Assembly: GCA_900617105.1 (NCBI GenBank)
Contig: UYFQ01000712.1
Coordinates: 1-58,293, forward strand
Direction: 5' to 3'
Length of the DNA stretch: 58,293 nt
Source of the DNA: Hydrurus foetidus
Taxonomy: Eukaryota
Position 1 is the first letter of the stretch. Every line of letters starts with the position of its first letter. The notes below the pieces were generated by a model. The model saw only the letters and a list, made by a program, of their open reading frames with translations, ran no database searches and was not told the DNA's origin. Below are positions 11,974 through 25,500 of this stretch, piece by piece. Both the position numbers and the translations under genes were made by a program.

Positions 11974-13404
11974 ATGATGAACGGATATGCTAACTCGGAG
12001 GCGGTCATGTATGCAGTTAGGCAAGCGGAAAATGAATCTGCCAAACGTCGCAAAATGCTAGCTGTGAATCCTTACGATGGTGAGGAAGTGGATGATAGCA
12101 AGGATAAGATGAAAATTTTCCGTATTCGAAAGTCAGAGGACCGTCCTATGTACGAGTATTCAACCTGGGGGAGGATGCTACGTAATCCTAGAACCCGTGA
12201 TCCTGGTGATAGAAAAGGTGGAGTTCTATTTAGACTTCGCTTCCGGGTTCCTTTTCCTTTATTCGAAAGAATAGTTGCACTTACGCGGGAGAACAATTGG
12301 TTTACGGAGAGAGGAGATTCCTCTGGTAGACGAGGCGCTCCGTTAGAGCTCACAATTCTTGGAGTTTTGCGTGTTCTGGGTAGAGGCTATTGCTTTGATG
12401 GGATTGAGGAACTATCTTTCATCAGTGCTGAATGCAACAGGACGTTCTTTCACTCATTTTGCTCTCTATTTTCAAAGAAATATTTTGAGGTTTATTGCAA
12501 CCCACCTGTGGCTGATGCTGAGATTTCCCGGACTTTAAGTGTCTACGACAGACTGGGTTTCCCTGGATGTATTAGCAGTACAGATTGTGTTCATATTAGA
12601 TGGGAAAGGTGTCCTGTCGGAGATCGTTTTTTACACAAAGGAAAGGAGGGTTACCCAACAATAGCCTACGAAGTAACAGTTGATCATACCTCAAAAATTA
12701 TTGCTGCTACGAAAGGTTTTCTTGGAGCAAAATACGACAAAACAATTGATCGTTTTGATGGATTTGTTTCTGCTATTCATGACGGTGATCTTTATGCCAA
12801 TGTGAGATACAAAATGTGTAAAGAAAATGGAGAAGAATATCTGGAGAAGGGATGTTATCTACTTGTTGATGGAGGATATCATAAGTGGCGCTGCCTTCAG
12901 TGTCCTTTGAGACACTCAGCTATCAAAAAAGAATCACTGTGGAGTGAATGGGCTGAGTCAGTGCGGAAAGATGTTGAGTGTATATTTGGTTCATTAAAAG
13001 GTAGATTTCGTTGTCTGAAAGTACCTATTTTTTATAATACAAGAGATGTAGTAGATAATATGTTCTTCACTTGCTGTATCTTTCATAATTTATTGCTTAC
13101 TTTTGATGGTCTGGATGCACGTTGGGAAAAAGATATTAATTATGCTGATATAGATGGTGAACATGCTGCAGAAGATATGTTTATTTTTCGTCAGCATTTG
13201 AGTAGAATTAAAAATTTATCACCCGTTACTGATTATAGTTTCATAGGAGTTGACCGTTTCAGAGATAGATTTGAAATTTCGCATGGAGAAGAAGTTGAAG
13301 AATATGAAACTTCTTGTAATGAATTAAATAAAAAATTGGTAGATCACTTTACCTCCAAACATTCAATCAATGACGTGCATTGGTTCAAGAAGAAATGTGT
13401 TTAA
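11974..13404 (+). CDS. PIF/Harbinger DDE transposase, apparently intact
   Basis: FRLRFRVPF, STDCVH, LLVDGGY and RKDVECIFGSLKGRF motifs. 476 aa uninterrupted. Confidence 0.92.
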   Translation: MMNGYANSEAVMYAVRQAENESAKRRKMLAVNPYDGEEVDDSKDKMKIFRIRKSEDRPMYEYSTWGRMLRNPRTRDPGDRKGGVLFRLRFRVPFPLFERIVALTRENNWFTERGDSSGRRGAPLELTILGVLRVLGRGYCFDGIEELSFISAECNRTFFHSFCSLFSKKYFEVYCNPPVADAEISRTLSVYDRLGFPGCISSTDCVHIRWERCPVGDRFLHKGKEGYPTIAYEVTVDHTSKIIAATKGFLGAKYDKTIDRFDGFVSAIHDGDLYANVRYKMCKENGEEYLEKGCYLLVDGGYHKWRCLQCPLRHSAIKKESLWSEWAESVRKDVECIFGSLKGRFRCLKVPIFYNTRDVVDNMFFTCCIFHNLLLTFDGLDARWEKDINYADIDGEHAAEDMFIFRQHLSRIKNLSPVTDYSFIGVDRFRDRFEISHGEEVEEYETSCNELNKKLVDHFTSKHSINDVHWFKKKCV

Positions 13405-13543
13405 AATCAACTTTTTATAAATTGTAATCATAAAATTCGTTAACGGATCACTGAATCTTGATTACAGAATTTTTTCTCTTTTCTAAATTTAACTCCTACG
13501 TCGAATATACACTAGTTTATCATTTCGAAAATATTTAGTAATA

Positions 13544-16500
13544 TCATGTGATATACAATTGTAATTTAAAAAACATTACATCATATGATATCCTCTTATT
13601 TCCTCCCCTTTCTGCCCTTTTTTGGCACCGAGAAGTAGTCCACGTGATCATCCTCTTCATCCGCAGTAACAGCGGCCTGTGATCTTTTTGGGGCAGAGCC
13701 TCTTGTCACCCTTCCTGAATTGACAAGTTGAGATGAATAGGAACTGGACGACTGAGATGAAATGGAACTGCACGAAACGTTTCTGGAAACGAAAGGTCGG
13801 GTGATAGGAACCTGACGTTGACGGCGTTCGAACATTTCATATGCTGTCTCAGTAGTGTCTTGTGTTGGCTCAAAAGGAGTAAATACATCATTCTTTGAAT
13901 TGGATGAGTCGGTAATAATGGTTCCATAACTCTTCTCCTTTTCAATGATCTCCTTATATTCTTCGTCATCTTCGTCATCTTTGAGATGAATAGGAACTGG
14001 ACGACTGAGATGAAATGGAACTGCACGAAACGTTTCTGGAAACGAAAGGTCGGGTGATAGGAACCTGACGTTGACGGCGTTCGAACATTTCATATGCTGT
14101 CTCAGTAGTGTCTTGTGTTGGCTCAAAAGGAGTAAATACATCATTCTTTGAATTGGATGAGTCGGTAATAATGGTTCCATAACTCTTCTCCTTTTCAATG
14201 ATCTCCTTATATTCTTCGTCATCTTCGTCATCTTTGAGATGAATAGGAACTGGACGACTGAGATAAAATGGAACTGCACGAAACGTTTCTGGAAACGAAA
14301 GGTCGGGTGATAGGAACCTGACGTTGACGGCGTTCGAACATTTCATATGCTGTCTCAGTAGTGTCTTGTGTTGGCTCAAAAGGAGTAAATACATCATTCT
14401 TTGAATTGGATGAGTCGGTAATAATGGTTCCATAACTCTTCTCCTTTTCAATGATCTCCTTATATTCTTCGTCATCTTCGTCATCTTTGAGATGAATAGG
14501 AACTGGACGACTGAGATGAAATGGAACTGCACGAAACGTTTCTGGAAACGAAAGGTCGGGTGATAGGAACCTGACGTTGACGGCGTTCGAACATTTCATA
14601 TGCTGTCTCAGTAGTGTCTTGTGTTGGCTCAAAAGGAGTAAATACATCATTCTTTGAATTGGATGAGTCGGTAATAATGGTTCCATAACTCTTCTCCTTT
14701 TCAATGATCTCCTTATATTCTTCGTCATCTTCGTCATCTTTGAGATGAATAGGAACTGGACGACTGAGATGAAATGGAACTGCACGAAACGTTTCTGGAA
14801 ACGAAAGGTCGGGTGATAGGAACCTGACGTTGACGGCGTTCGAACATTTCATATGCTGTCTCAGTAGTGTCTTGTGTTGGCTCAAAAGGAGTAAATACAT
14901 CATTCTTTGAATTGGATGAGTCGGTAATAATGGTTCCATAACTCTTCTCCTTTTCAATGATCTCCTTATATTCTTCGTCATCTTCGTCATCTTTGAGATG
15001 AATAGGAACTGGACGACTGAGATGAAATGGAACTGCACGAAACGTTTCTGGAAACGAAAGGTCGGGTGATAGGAACCTGACGTTGACGGCGTTCGAACAT
15101 TTCATATGCTGTCTCAGTAGTGTCTTGTGTTGGCTCAAAAGGAGTAAATACATCATTCTTTGAATTGGATGAGTCGGTAATAATGGTTCCATAACTCTTC
15201 TCCTTTTCAATGATCTCCTTATATTCTTCGTCATCTTCGTCATCTTTGAGATGAATAGGAACTGGACGACTGAGATGAATTGGAACTGCACGAAACGTTT
15301 CTGGAAACGAAAGGTCGGGTGATAGGAACCTGACGTTGACGGCGTTCGAACATTTCATATGCTGTCTCAGTAGTGTCTTGTGTTGGCTCAAAAGGAGTAA
15401 ATACATCATTCTTTGAATTGGATGAGTCGGTAATAATGGTTCCATAACTCTTCTCCTCTTCAATGATCTCCTTATATTCTTCGTCATCTTCGTCATCTTT
15501 GAGATGAATAGGAACTGGACGACTGAGATAAAATGGAACTGCACGAAACGTTTCTGGAAACGAAAGGTCGGGTGATAGGAACCTGACGTTGACGGCGTTC
15601 GAACATTTCATATGCTGTCTCAGTAGTGTCTTGTGTTGGCTCAAAAGGAGTAAATACATCATTCTTTGAATTGGATGAGTCGGTAATAATGGTTCCATAA
15701 CTCTTCTCCTTTTCAATGATCTCCTTATATTCTTCGTCATCTTCGTCATCTTCTTCAGGTCTCCTCTCTCCTTCTCCATCTTCGTTATCTCTGTTCCCCC
15801 TATTGTCATTGTCATTGTCATTGTCATTGTCATTGTCATTGTCATTGTCATTGTCATTGTCATTGTCATTGTCATTGTCATTGTCATTGTCATTGTCATT
15901 GTCATTGTCATGTGACATACAATTGTAATTTAAAAAACATTACATCATATGATATCCTGTTATTTCCTCCCCTTTCTGCCCTTTTTTGGCACCGAGAAGT
16001 AGTCCACGTTATCATCCTCTTCATCCGCAGTAACAGCGGCCTGTGATCTTTTTGGGGCAGAGCCTCTTGTCACCCTTCCTGAATTGACAAGTTGAGATGA
16101 ATAGGAACTGGACGACTGAGATGAAATGGAACTGCACGAAACGTTTCTGGAAACGAAAGGTCGGGTGATAGGAACCTGACGTTGACGGCGTTCGAACATT
16201 TCATATGCTGTCTCAGTAGTGTCTTGTGTTGGCTCAAAAGGAGTAAATACATCATATTTTGAATTGGATGAGTCGGTAATAATGGTTCCATAACTCTTCT
16301 CCTTTTCAATGATCTCCTTATATTCTTCGTCATCTTCGTCATCTTCTTCAGGTCTCCTCATCTTCGTTATCTTCCCCTATCGTCATCTCTGTCATTGTCA
16401 TTGTCATTGTCATTGTCATTGTCATTGTCATTGTCATTGTCATTGTCATTGTCATGTCACATACAATTGTAATTTGTAAAACATTACATCATATGATATC

Positions 16501-19500
16501 CTGTTATTTCCTCCCCTTTCTGCCCTTTTTTGGCACCGAGAAGTAGTCCACGTTATCATCCTCTTCATCCGCAGTAACAGCGGCCTGTGATCTTTTGGGG
16601 CAGAGCCTCTTGTCACCCTTCCTGAATTGACAAGTTGAGATGAATAGGAACTGGACGACTGAGATGAAATGGAACTGCACGAAACGTTTCTGGAAACGAA
16701 AGGTCGGGTGATAGGAACCTGACGTTGACGGCGTTCGAACATTTCATATGCTGTCTCAGTAGTGTCTTGTGTTGGCTCAAAAGGAGTAAATACATCATCT
16801 TTGAATTGGATGAGTCGGTAATAATGGTTCCATAACTCTTCTCCTTTTCAATGATCTCCTTATATTCTTCGTCATCTTCGTCATCTTCTTCAGGTCTCCT
16901 CTCCATCTTCGTTATCTCTGTCTCCATTGTCCATTGTCATTGTCATTGTCATTGTCATTGTCATTGTCATTGTCATTGTCATTGTCATTGTCATTGTCAT
17001 TGTCATTGTCATTGTCATTGTCATGTCAATTCAAATTGAAAACATTACATCATATGATATCCTGTTATTTCCTCCCCTTTCTGCCCTTTTTTGGCACCGA
17101 GAAGTAGTCCACGTTATCATCCTCTTCATCCGCAGTAACAGCGGCCTGTGATCTTTTTGGGGCAGAGCCTCTTGTCACCCTTCCTGAATTGACAAGTTGA
17201 GATGAATAGGAACTGGACGACTGAGATGAAATGGAACTGCACGAAACGTTTCTGGAAACGAAAGGTCGGGTGATAGGAACCTGACGTTGACGGCGTTCGA
17301 ACATTTCATATGCTGTCTCAGTAGTGTCTTGTGTTGGCTCAAAAGGAGTAAATACATCATTTTTGAATTGGATGAGTCGGTAATAATGGTTCCATAACTC
17401 TTCTCCTTTTCAATGATCTCCTTATATTCTTCGTCATCTTCGTCATCTTCTTCAGGTCTCCTCTCTCCTTCTCCATCTTCGTTATCTCTGTTCCCCCTAT
17501 TGTCATTGTCATTGTCATTGTCATTGTCATTGTCATTGTTATTTCCTCCCCTTTCTGCCCTTTTTTGGCACCGAGAAGTAGTCCACGTTATCATCCTCTT
17601 CATCCGCAGTAACAGCGGCCTGTGATCTTTTTGGGGCAGAGCCTCTTGTCACCCTTCCTGAATTGACAAGTTGAGATGAATAGGAACTGGACGACTGAGA
17701 TGAAATGGAACTGCACGAAACGTTTCTGGAAACGAAAGGTCGGGTGATAGGAACCTGACGTTGACGGCGTTCGAACATTTCATATGCTGTCTCAGTAGTG
17801 TCTTGTGTTGGCTCAAAAGGAGTAAATACATCATTCTTTGAATTGGATGAGTCGGTAATAATGGTTCCATAACTCTTCTCCTTTTCAATGATCTCCTTAT
17901 ATTCTTCGTCATCTTCGTCATCTTCTTCAGGTCTCCTCTCTCCTTCTCCATCTTCGTTATCTCTGTTCCCCCTATTGTCATTGTCATTGTCATTGTCATT
18001 GTCATTGTCATTGTCATTGTCATTGTCATTGTCATTGTCATTGTCATTGTCATGTGACACACAATTGTAATATTAAAAACATTACATCATATGATATCCT
18101 GTTATTTCCTCCCCTTTCTGCCCTTTTTTGGCACCGAGAAGTAGTCCACGTTATCATCCTCTTCATCCGCAGTAACAGCGGCCTGTGATCTTTTTGGGGC
18201 AGAGCCTCTTGTCACCCTTCCTGAATTGACAAGTTGAGATGAATAGGAACTGGACGACTGAGATGAAATGGAACTGCACGAAACGTTTCTGGAAACGAAA
18301 GGTCGGGTGATAGGAACCTGACGTTGACGGCGTTCGAACATTTCATATGCTGTCTCAGTAGTGTCTTGTGTTGGCTCAAAAGGAGTAAATACATCATTCT
18401 TTGAATTGGATGAGTCGGTAATAATGGTTCCATAACTCTTCTCCTTTTCAATGATCTCCTTATATTCTTCGTCATCTTCGTCATCTTCGTCATCTTCTTG
18501 AGGTCTCCTCTCTCCTTCTCCATCTTCGTTATCTCTGTTCCCCCTATTGTCATTGTCATTGTCATTGTCATTGTCATTGTCATTGTCATTGTCATGTGAC
18601 ATACAATTGTAATTTAAAAAACATTACATCATATGATATCCTGTTATTTCCTCCCCTTTCTGCCCTTTTTTGGCACCGAGAAGTAGTCCACGTGATCATC
18701 CTCTTCATCCGCAGTAACAGCGGCCTGTGATCTTTTTGGGGCAGAGCCTCTTGTCACCCTTCCTGAATTGACAAGTTGAGATGAATAGGAACTGGACGAC
18801 TGAGATGAAATGGAACTGCACGAAACGTTTCTGGAAACGAAAGGTCGGGTGATAGGAACCTGACGTTGACGGCGTTCGAACATTTCATATGCTGTCTCAG
18901 TAGTGTCTTGTGTTGGCTCAAAAGGAGTAAATACATCATTCTTTGAATTGGATGAGTCGGTAATAATGGTTCCATAACTCTTCTCCTTTTCAATGATCTC
19001 CTTATATTCTTCGTCATCTTCGTCATCTTCGTCATCATCTTCTTGAGGTCTCCTCTCTCCTTCTCCATCTTCGTTATCTCTGTTCCCCCTATTGTCATTG
19101 TCATTGTCATTGTCATTGTCATGTGACATACAATTGTAATTTAAAAAACATTACATCATATGATATCCTGTTATTTCCTCCCCTTTCTGCCCTTTTTTGG
19201 CACCGAGAAGTAGTCCACGTTATCATCCTCTTCATCCGCAGTAACAGCGGCCTGTGATCTTTTTGGGGCAGAGCCTCTTGTCACCCTTCCTGAATTGACA
19301 AGTTGAGATGAATAGGAACTGGACGACTGAGATGAAATGGAACTGCACGAAACGTTTCTGGAAACGAAAGGTCGGGTGATAGGAACCTGACGTTGACGGC
19401 GTTCGAACATTTCATATGCTGTCTCAGTAGTGTCTTGTGTTGGCTCAAAAGGAGTAAATACATCATATTTTGAATTGGATGAGTCGGTAATAATGGTTCC

Positions 19501-22500
19501 ATAACTCTTCTCCTTTTCAATGATCTCCTTATATTCTTCGTCATCTTCGTCATCTTCGTCATCTTCTTCAGGTCTCCTCTCTCCTTCTCCATCTTCGTTA
19601 TCTCTGTTCCCCCTATTGTCATTGTCATTGTCATTGTCATTGTCATTGTCATTGTCATTGTCATTGTCATGTGACATACAATTGTAATTTAAAAAACATT
19701 ACATCATATGATATCCTGTTATTTCCTCCCCTTTCTGCCCTTTTTTGGCACCGAGAAGTAGTCCACGTTATCATCCTCTTCATCCGCAGTAACAGCGGCC
19801 TGTGATCTTTTTGGGGCAGAGCCTCTTGTCACCCTTCCTGAATTGACAAGTTGAGATGAATAGGAACTGGACGACTGAGATGAAATGGAACTGCACGAAA
19901 CGTTTCTGGAAACGAAAGGTCGGGTGATAGGAACCTGACGTTGACGGCGTTCGAACATTTCATATGCTGTCTCAGTAGTGTCTTGTGTTGGCTCAAAAGG
20001 AGTAAATACATCATATTTTGAATTGGATGAGTCGGTAATAATGGTTCCATAACTCTTCTCCTTTTCAATGATCTCCTTATATTCTTCGTCATCTTCGTCA
20101 TCTTCGTCATCATCTTCTTGAGGTCTCCTCTCTCCTTCTCCATCTTCGTTATCTCTGTTCCCCCTATTGTCATTGTCATTGTCATTGTCATTGTCATTGT
20201 CATTGTCATTGTCATTGTCATTGTCATGTGACATACAATTGTAATTTAAAAAACATTACATCATATGATATCCTGTTATTTCCTCCCCTTTCTGCCCTTT
20301 TTTGGCACCGAGAAGTAGTCCACGTGATCATCCTCTTCATCCGCAGTAACAGCGGCCTGTGATCTTTTTGGGGCAGAGCCTCTTGTCACCCTTCCTGAAT
20401 TGACAAGTTGAGATGAATAGGAACTGGACGACTGAGATGAAATGGAACTGCACGAAACGTTTCTGGAAACGAAAGGTCGGGTGATAGGAACCTGACGTTG
20501 ACGGCGTTCGAACATTTCATATGCTGTCTCAGTAGTGTCTTGTGTTGGCTCAAAAGGAGTAAATACATCATTTTTGAAGTGGATGAGTCGGTAATAATGG
20601 TTCCATAACTCTTCTCCTTTTCAATGATCTCCTTATATTCTTCGTCATCTTCGTCATCTTCTTCATCATCTTCTTGAGGTCTCCTTCTCCATCTTCGTTA
20701 TCTCTGTTCCCCCTATTGTCATTGTCATTGTCATTGTCATTGTCATTGTCATGTGACATACAATTGTAATTTAAAACATTACATCATATGATATCCTGTT
20801 ATTTCTTCCCCTTTCTGCCCTTTTTTGGCACCGAGAAGTAGTCCACGTTATCATCCTCTTCATCCGCAGTAACAGCGGCCTGTGATCTTTTGGGGCAGAG
20901 CCTCTTGTCACCCTTCCTGAATTGACAAGTTGAGATGAATAGGAACTGGACGACTGAGATGAAATGGAACTGCACGAAACGTTTCTGGAAACGAAAGGTC
21001 GGGTGATAGGAACCTGACGTTGACGGCGTTCGAACATTTCATATGCTGTCTCAGTAGTGTCTTGTGTTGGCTCAAAAGGAGTAAATACATCATATTTTGA
21101 ATTGGATGAGTCGGTAATAATGGTTCCATAACTCTTCTCCTTTTCAATGATCTCCTTATATTCTTCGTCATCTTCGTCATCTTCGTCATCTTCAGGTCTC
21201 CTCTCTCCTTCTCCATCTTCGTTATCTCTGTTCCCCCTATTGTCATTGTCATTGTCATTGTCATTGTCATTGTCATTGTCATTGTCATTGTCATTGTCAT
21301 TGTCATTGTCATGTGACATACAATTGTAATTTAAAAAACATTACATCATATGATATCCTGTTATTTCCTCCCCTTTCTGCCCTTTTTTGGCACCGAGAAG
21401 TAGTCCACGTTATCATCCTCTTCATCCGCAGTAACAGCGGCCTGTGATCTTTTTGGGGCAGAGCCTCTTGTCACCCTTCCTGAATTGACAAGTTGAGATG
21501 AATAGGAACTGGACGACTGAGATGAAATGGAACTGCACGAAACGTTTCTGGAAACGAAAGGTCGGGTGATAGGAACCTGACGTTGACGGCGTTCGAACAT
21601 TTCATATGCTGTCTCAGTAGTGTCTTGTGTTGGCTCAAAAGGAGTAAATACATCATATTTTGAATTGGATGAGTCGGTAATAATGGTTCCATAACTCTTC
21701 TCCTTTTCAATGATCTCCTTATATTCTTCGTCATCTTCGTCATCTTCTTCAGGTCTCCTCTCTCCTTCTCCATCTTCGTTATCTCTGTTCCCCCTATTGT
21801 CATTGTCATTGTCATTGTCATTGTCATTGTCATTGTCATTGTCATTGTCATTGTCATGTGACATACAATTGTAATTTAAAAAACATTACATCATATGATA
21901 TCCTCTTATTTCCTCCCCTTTCTGCCCTTTTTTGGCACCGAGAAGTAGTCCACGTTATCATCCTCTTCATCCGCAGTAACAGCGGCCTGTGATCTTTTTG
22001 GGGCAGAGCCTCTTGTCACCCTTCCTGAATTGACAAGTTGAGATGAATAGGAACTGGACGACTGAGATGAAATGGAACTGCACGAAACGTTTCTGGAAAC
22101 GAAAGGTCGGGTGATAGGAACCTGACGTTGACGGCGTTCGAACATTTCATATGCTGTCTCAGTAGTGTCTTGTGTTGGCTCAAAAGGAGTAAATACATCA
22201 TTCTTTGAATTGGATGAGTCGGTAATAATGGTTCCATAACTCTTCTCCTTTTCAATGATCTCCTTATATTCTTCGTCATCTTCGTCATCTTCTTGAGGTC
22301 TCCTCTCTCCTTCTCCATCTTCGTTATCTCTGTTCCCCCTATTGTCATTGTCATTGTCATTGTCATTGTCATTGTCATTGTCATTGTCATTGTCATTGTC
22401 ATTGTCATTGTCATTGTCATTGTCATTGTCATTGTCATGTGACATACAATTGTAATTTAAAAAACATTACATCATATGATATCCTGTTATTTCCTCCCCT

Positions 22501-25500
22501 TTCTGCCCTTTTTTGGCACCGAGAAGTAGTCCACGTTATCATCCTCTTCATCCGCAGTAACAGCGGCCTGTGATCTTTTTGGGGCAGAGCCTCTTGTCAC
22601 CCTTCCTGAATTGACAAGTTGAGATGAATAGGAACTGGACGACTGAGATGAAATGGAACTGCACGAAACGTTTCTGGAAACGAAAGGTCGGGTGATAGGA
22701 ACCTGACGTTGACGGCGTTCGAACATTTCATATGCTGTCTCAGTAGTGTCTTGTGTTGGCTCAAAAGGAGTAAATACATCATTCTTTGAATTGGATGAGT
22801 CGGTAATAATGGTTCCATAACTCTTCTCCTTTTCAATGATCTCCTTATATTCTTCGTCATCTTCGTCATCTTCGTCATCTTCGTCATCTTCTTGAGGTCT
22901 CCTCTCTCCTTCTCCATCTTCGTTATCTCTGTTCCCCCTATTGTCATTGTCATTGTCATTGTCATTGTCATTGTCATGTGACATACAATTGTAATTTAAA
23001 AAACATTACATCATATGATATCCTGTTATTTCCTCCCCTTTCTGCCCTTTTTTGGCACCGAGAAGTAGTCCACGTTATCATCCTCTTCATCCGCAGTAAC
23101 AGCGGCCTGTGATCTTTTTGGGGCAGAGCCTCTTGTCACCCTTCCTGAATTGACAAGTTGAGATGAATAGGAACTGGACGACTGAGATGAAATGGAACTG
23201 CACGAAACGTTTCTGGAAACGAAAGGTCGGGTGATAGGAACCTGACGTTGACGGCGTTCGAACATTTCATATGCTGTCTCAGTAGTGTCTTGTGTTGGCT
23301 CAAAAGGAGTAAATACATCATATTTTGAATTGGATGAGTCGGTAATAATGGTTCCATAACTCTTCTCCTTTTCAATGATCTCCTTATATTCTTCGTCATC
23401 TTCGTCATCTTCGTCATCTTCTTCAGGTCTCCTCTCTCCTTCTCCATCTTCGTTATCTCTGTTCCCCCTATTGTCATTGTCATTGTCATTGTCATTGTCA
23501 TTGTCATTGTCATTGTCATGTGACATACAATTGTAATTTAAAAAACATTACATCATATGATATCCTGTTATTTCCTCCCCTTTCTGCCCTTTTTTGGCAC
23601 CGAGAAGTAGTCCACGTTATCATCCTCTTCATCCGCAGTAACAGCGGCCTGTGATCTTTTTGGGGCAGAGCCTCTTGTCACCCTTCCTGAATTGACAAGT
23701 TGAGATGAATAGGAACTGGACGACTGAGATGAAATGGAACTGCACGAAACGTTTCTGGAAACGAAAGGTCGGGTGATAGGAACCTGACGTTGACGGCGTT
23801 CGAACATTTCATATGCTGTCTCAGTAGTGTCTTGTGTTGGCTCAAAAGGAGTAAATACATCATTCTTTGAATTGGATGAGTCGGTAATAATGGTTCCATA
23901 ACTCTTCTCCTTTTCAATGATCTCCTTATATTCTTCGTCATCTTCGTCATCTTCGTCATCTTCTTCAGGTCTCCTCTCTCCTTCTCCATCTTCGTTATCT
24001 CTGTTCCCCCTATTGTCATTGTCATTGTCATTGTCATTGTCATTGTCATTGTCATTGTCATTGTCATTGTCATTGTCATTGTCATGTGACATACAATTGT
24101 AATTTAAAAAACATTACATCATATGATATCCTGTTATTTCCTCCCCTTTCTGCCCTTTTTTGGCACCGAGAAGTAGTCCACGTTATCATCCTCTTCATCC
24201 GCAGTAACAGCGGCCTGTGATCTTTTTGGGGCAGAGCCTCTTGTCACCCTTCCTGAATTGACAAGTTGAGATGAATAGGAACTGGACGACTGAGATGAAA
24301 TGGAACTGCACGAAACGTTTCTGGAAACGAAAGGTCGGGTGATAGGAACCTGACGTTGACGGCGTTCGAACATTTCATATGCTGTCTCAGTAGTGTCTTG
24401 TGTTGGCTCAAAAGGAGTAAATACATCATTCTTTGAAGTGGATGAGTCGGTAATAATGGTTCCATAACTCTTCTCCTTTTCAATGATCTCCTTATATTCT
24501 TCGTCATCTTCGTCATCTTCGTCATCTTCTTCAGGTCTCCTCTCTCCTTCTCCATCTTCGTTATCTCTGTTCCCCCTATTGTCATTGTCATTGTCATTGT
24601 CATTGTCATTGTCATTGTCATTGTCATTGTCATGTGACATACAATTGTAATTTAAAAAACATTACATCATATGATATCCTGTTATTTCCTCCCCTTTCTG
24701 CCCTTTTTTGGCACCGAGAAGTAGTCCACGTTATCATCCTCTTCATCCGCAGTAACAGCGGCCTGTGATCTTTTGGGGCAGAGCCTCTTGTCACCCTTCC
24801 TGAATTGACAAGTTGAGATGAATAGGAACTGGACGACTGAGATGAAATGGAACTGCACGAAACGTTTCTGGAAACGAAAGGTCGGGTGATAGGAACCTGA
24901 CGTTGACGGCGTTCGAACATTTCATATGCTGTCTCAGTAGTGTCTTGTGTTGGCTCAAAAGGAGTAAATACATCATATTTTGAATTGGATGAGTCGGTAA
25001 TAATGGTTCCATAACTCTTCTCCTTTTCAATGATCTCCTTATATTCTTCGTCATCTTCGTCATCTTCGTCATCTTCCTCAGGTCTCCTCTCTCCTTCTCC
25101 ATCTTCGTTATCTCTGTTCCCCCTATTGTCATTGTCATTGTCATTGTCATTGTCATTGTCATTGTCATTGTCATTGTCATTGTCATTGTCATTGTCATTG
25201 TCATTGTCATTGTCATGTGACATACAATTGTAATTTAAAAAACATTACATCATATGATATCCTGTTATTTCCTCCCCTTTCTGCCCTTTTTTGGCACCGA
25301 GAAGTAGTCCACGTTATCATCCTCTTCATCCGCAGTAACAGCGGCCTGTGATCTTTTTGGGGCAGAGCCTCTTGTCACCCTTCCTGAATTGACAAGTTGA
25401 GATGAATAGGAACTGGACGACTGAGATGAAATGGAACTGCACGAAACGTTTCTGGAAACGAAAGGTCGGGTGATAGGAACCTGACGTTGACGGCGTTCGA

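Noticed and set aside
16350..17045. Degenerate junction variants in a few satellite units (also ~26735 and ~28345)
   Set aside because: Scrambled low-complexity sequence typical of long-read consensus error; not interpretable without reads
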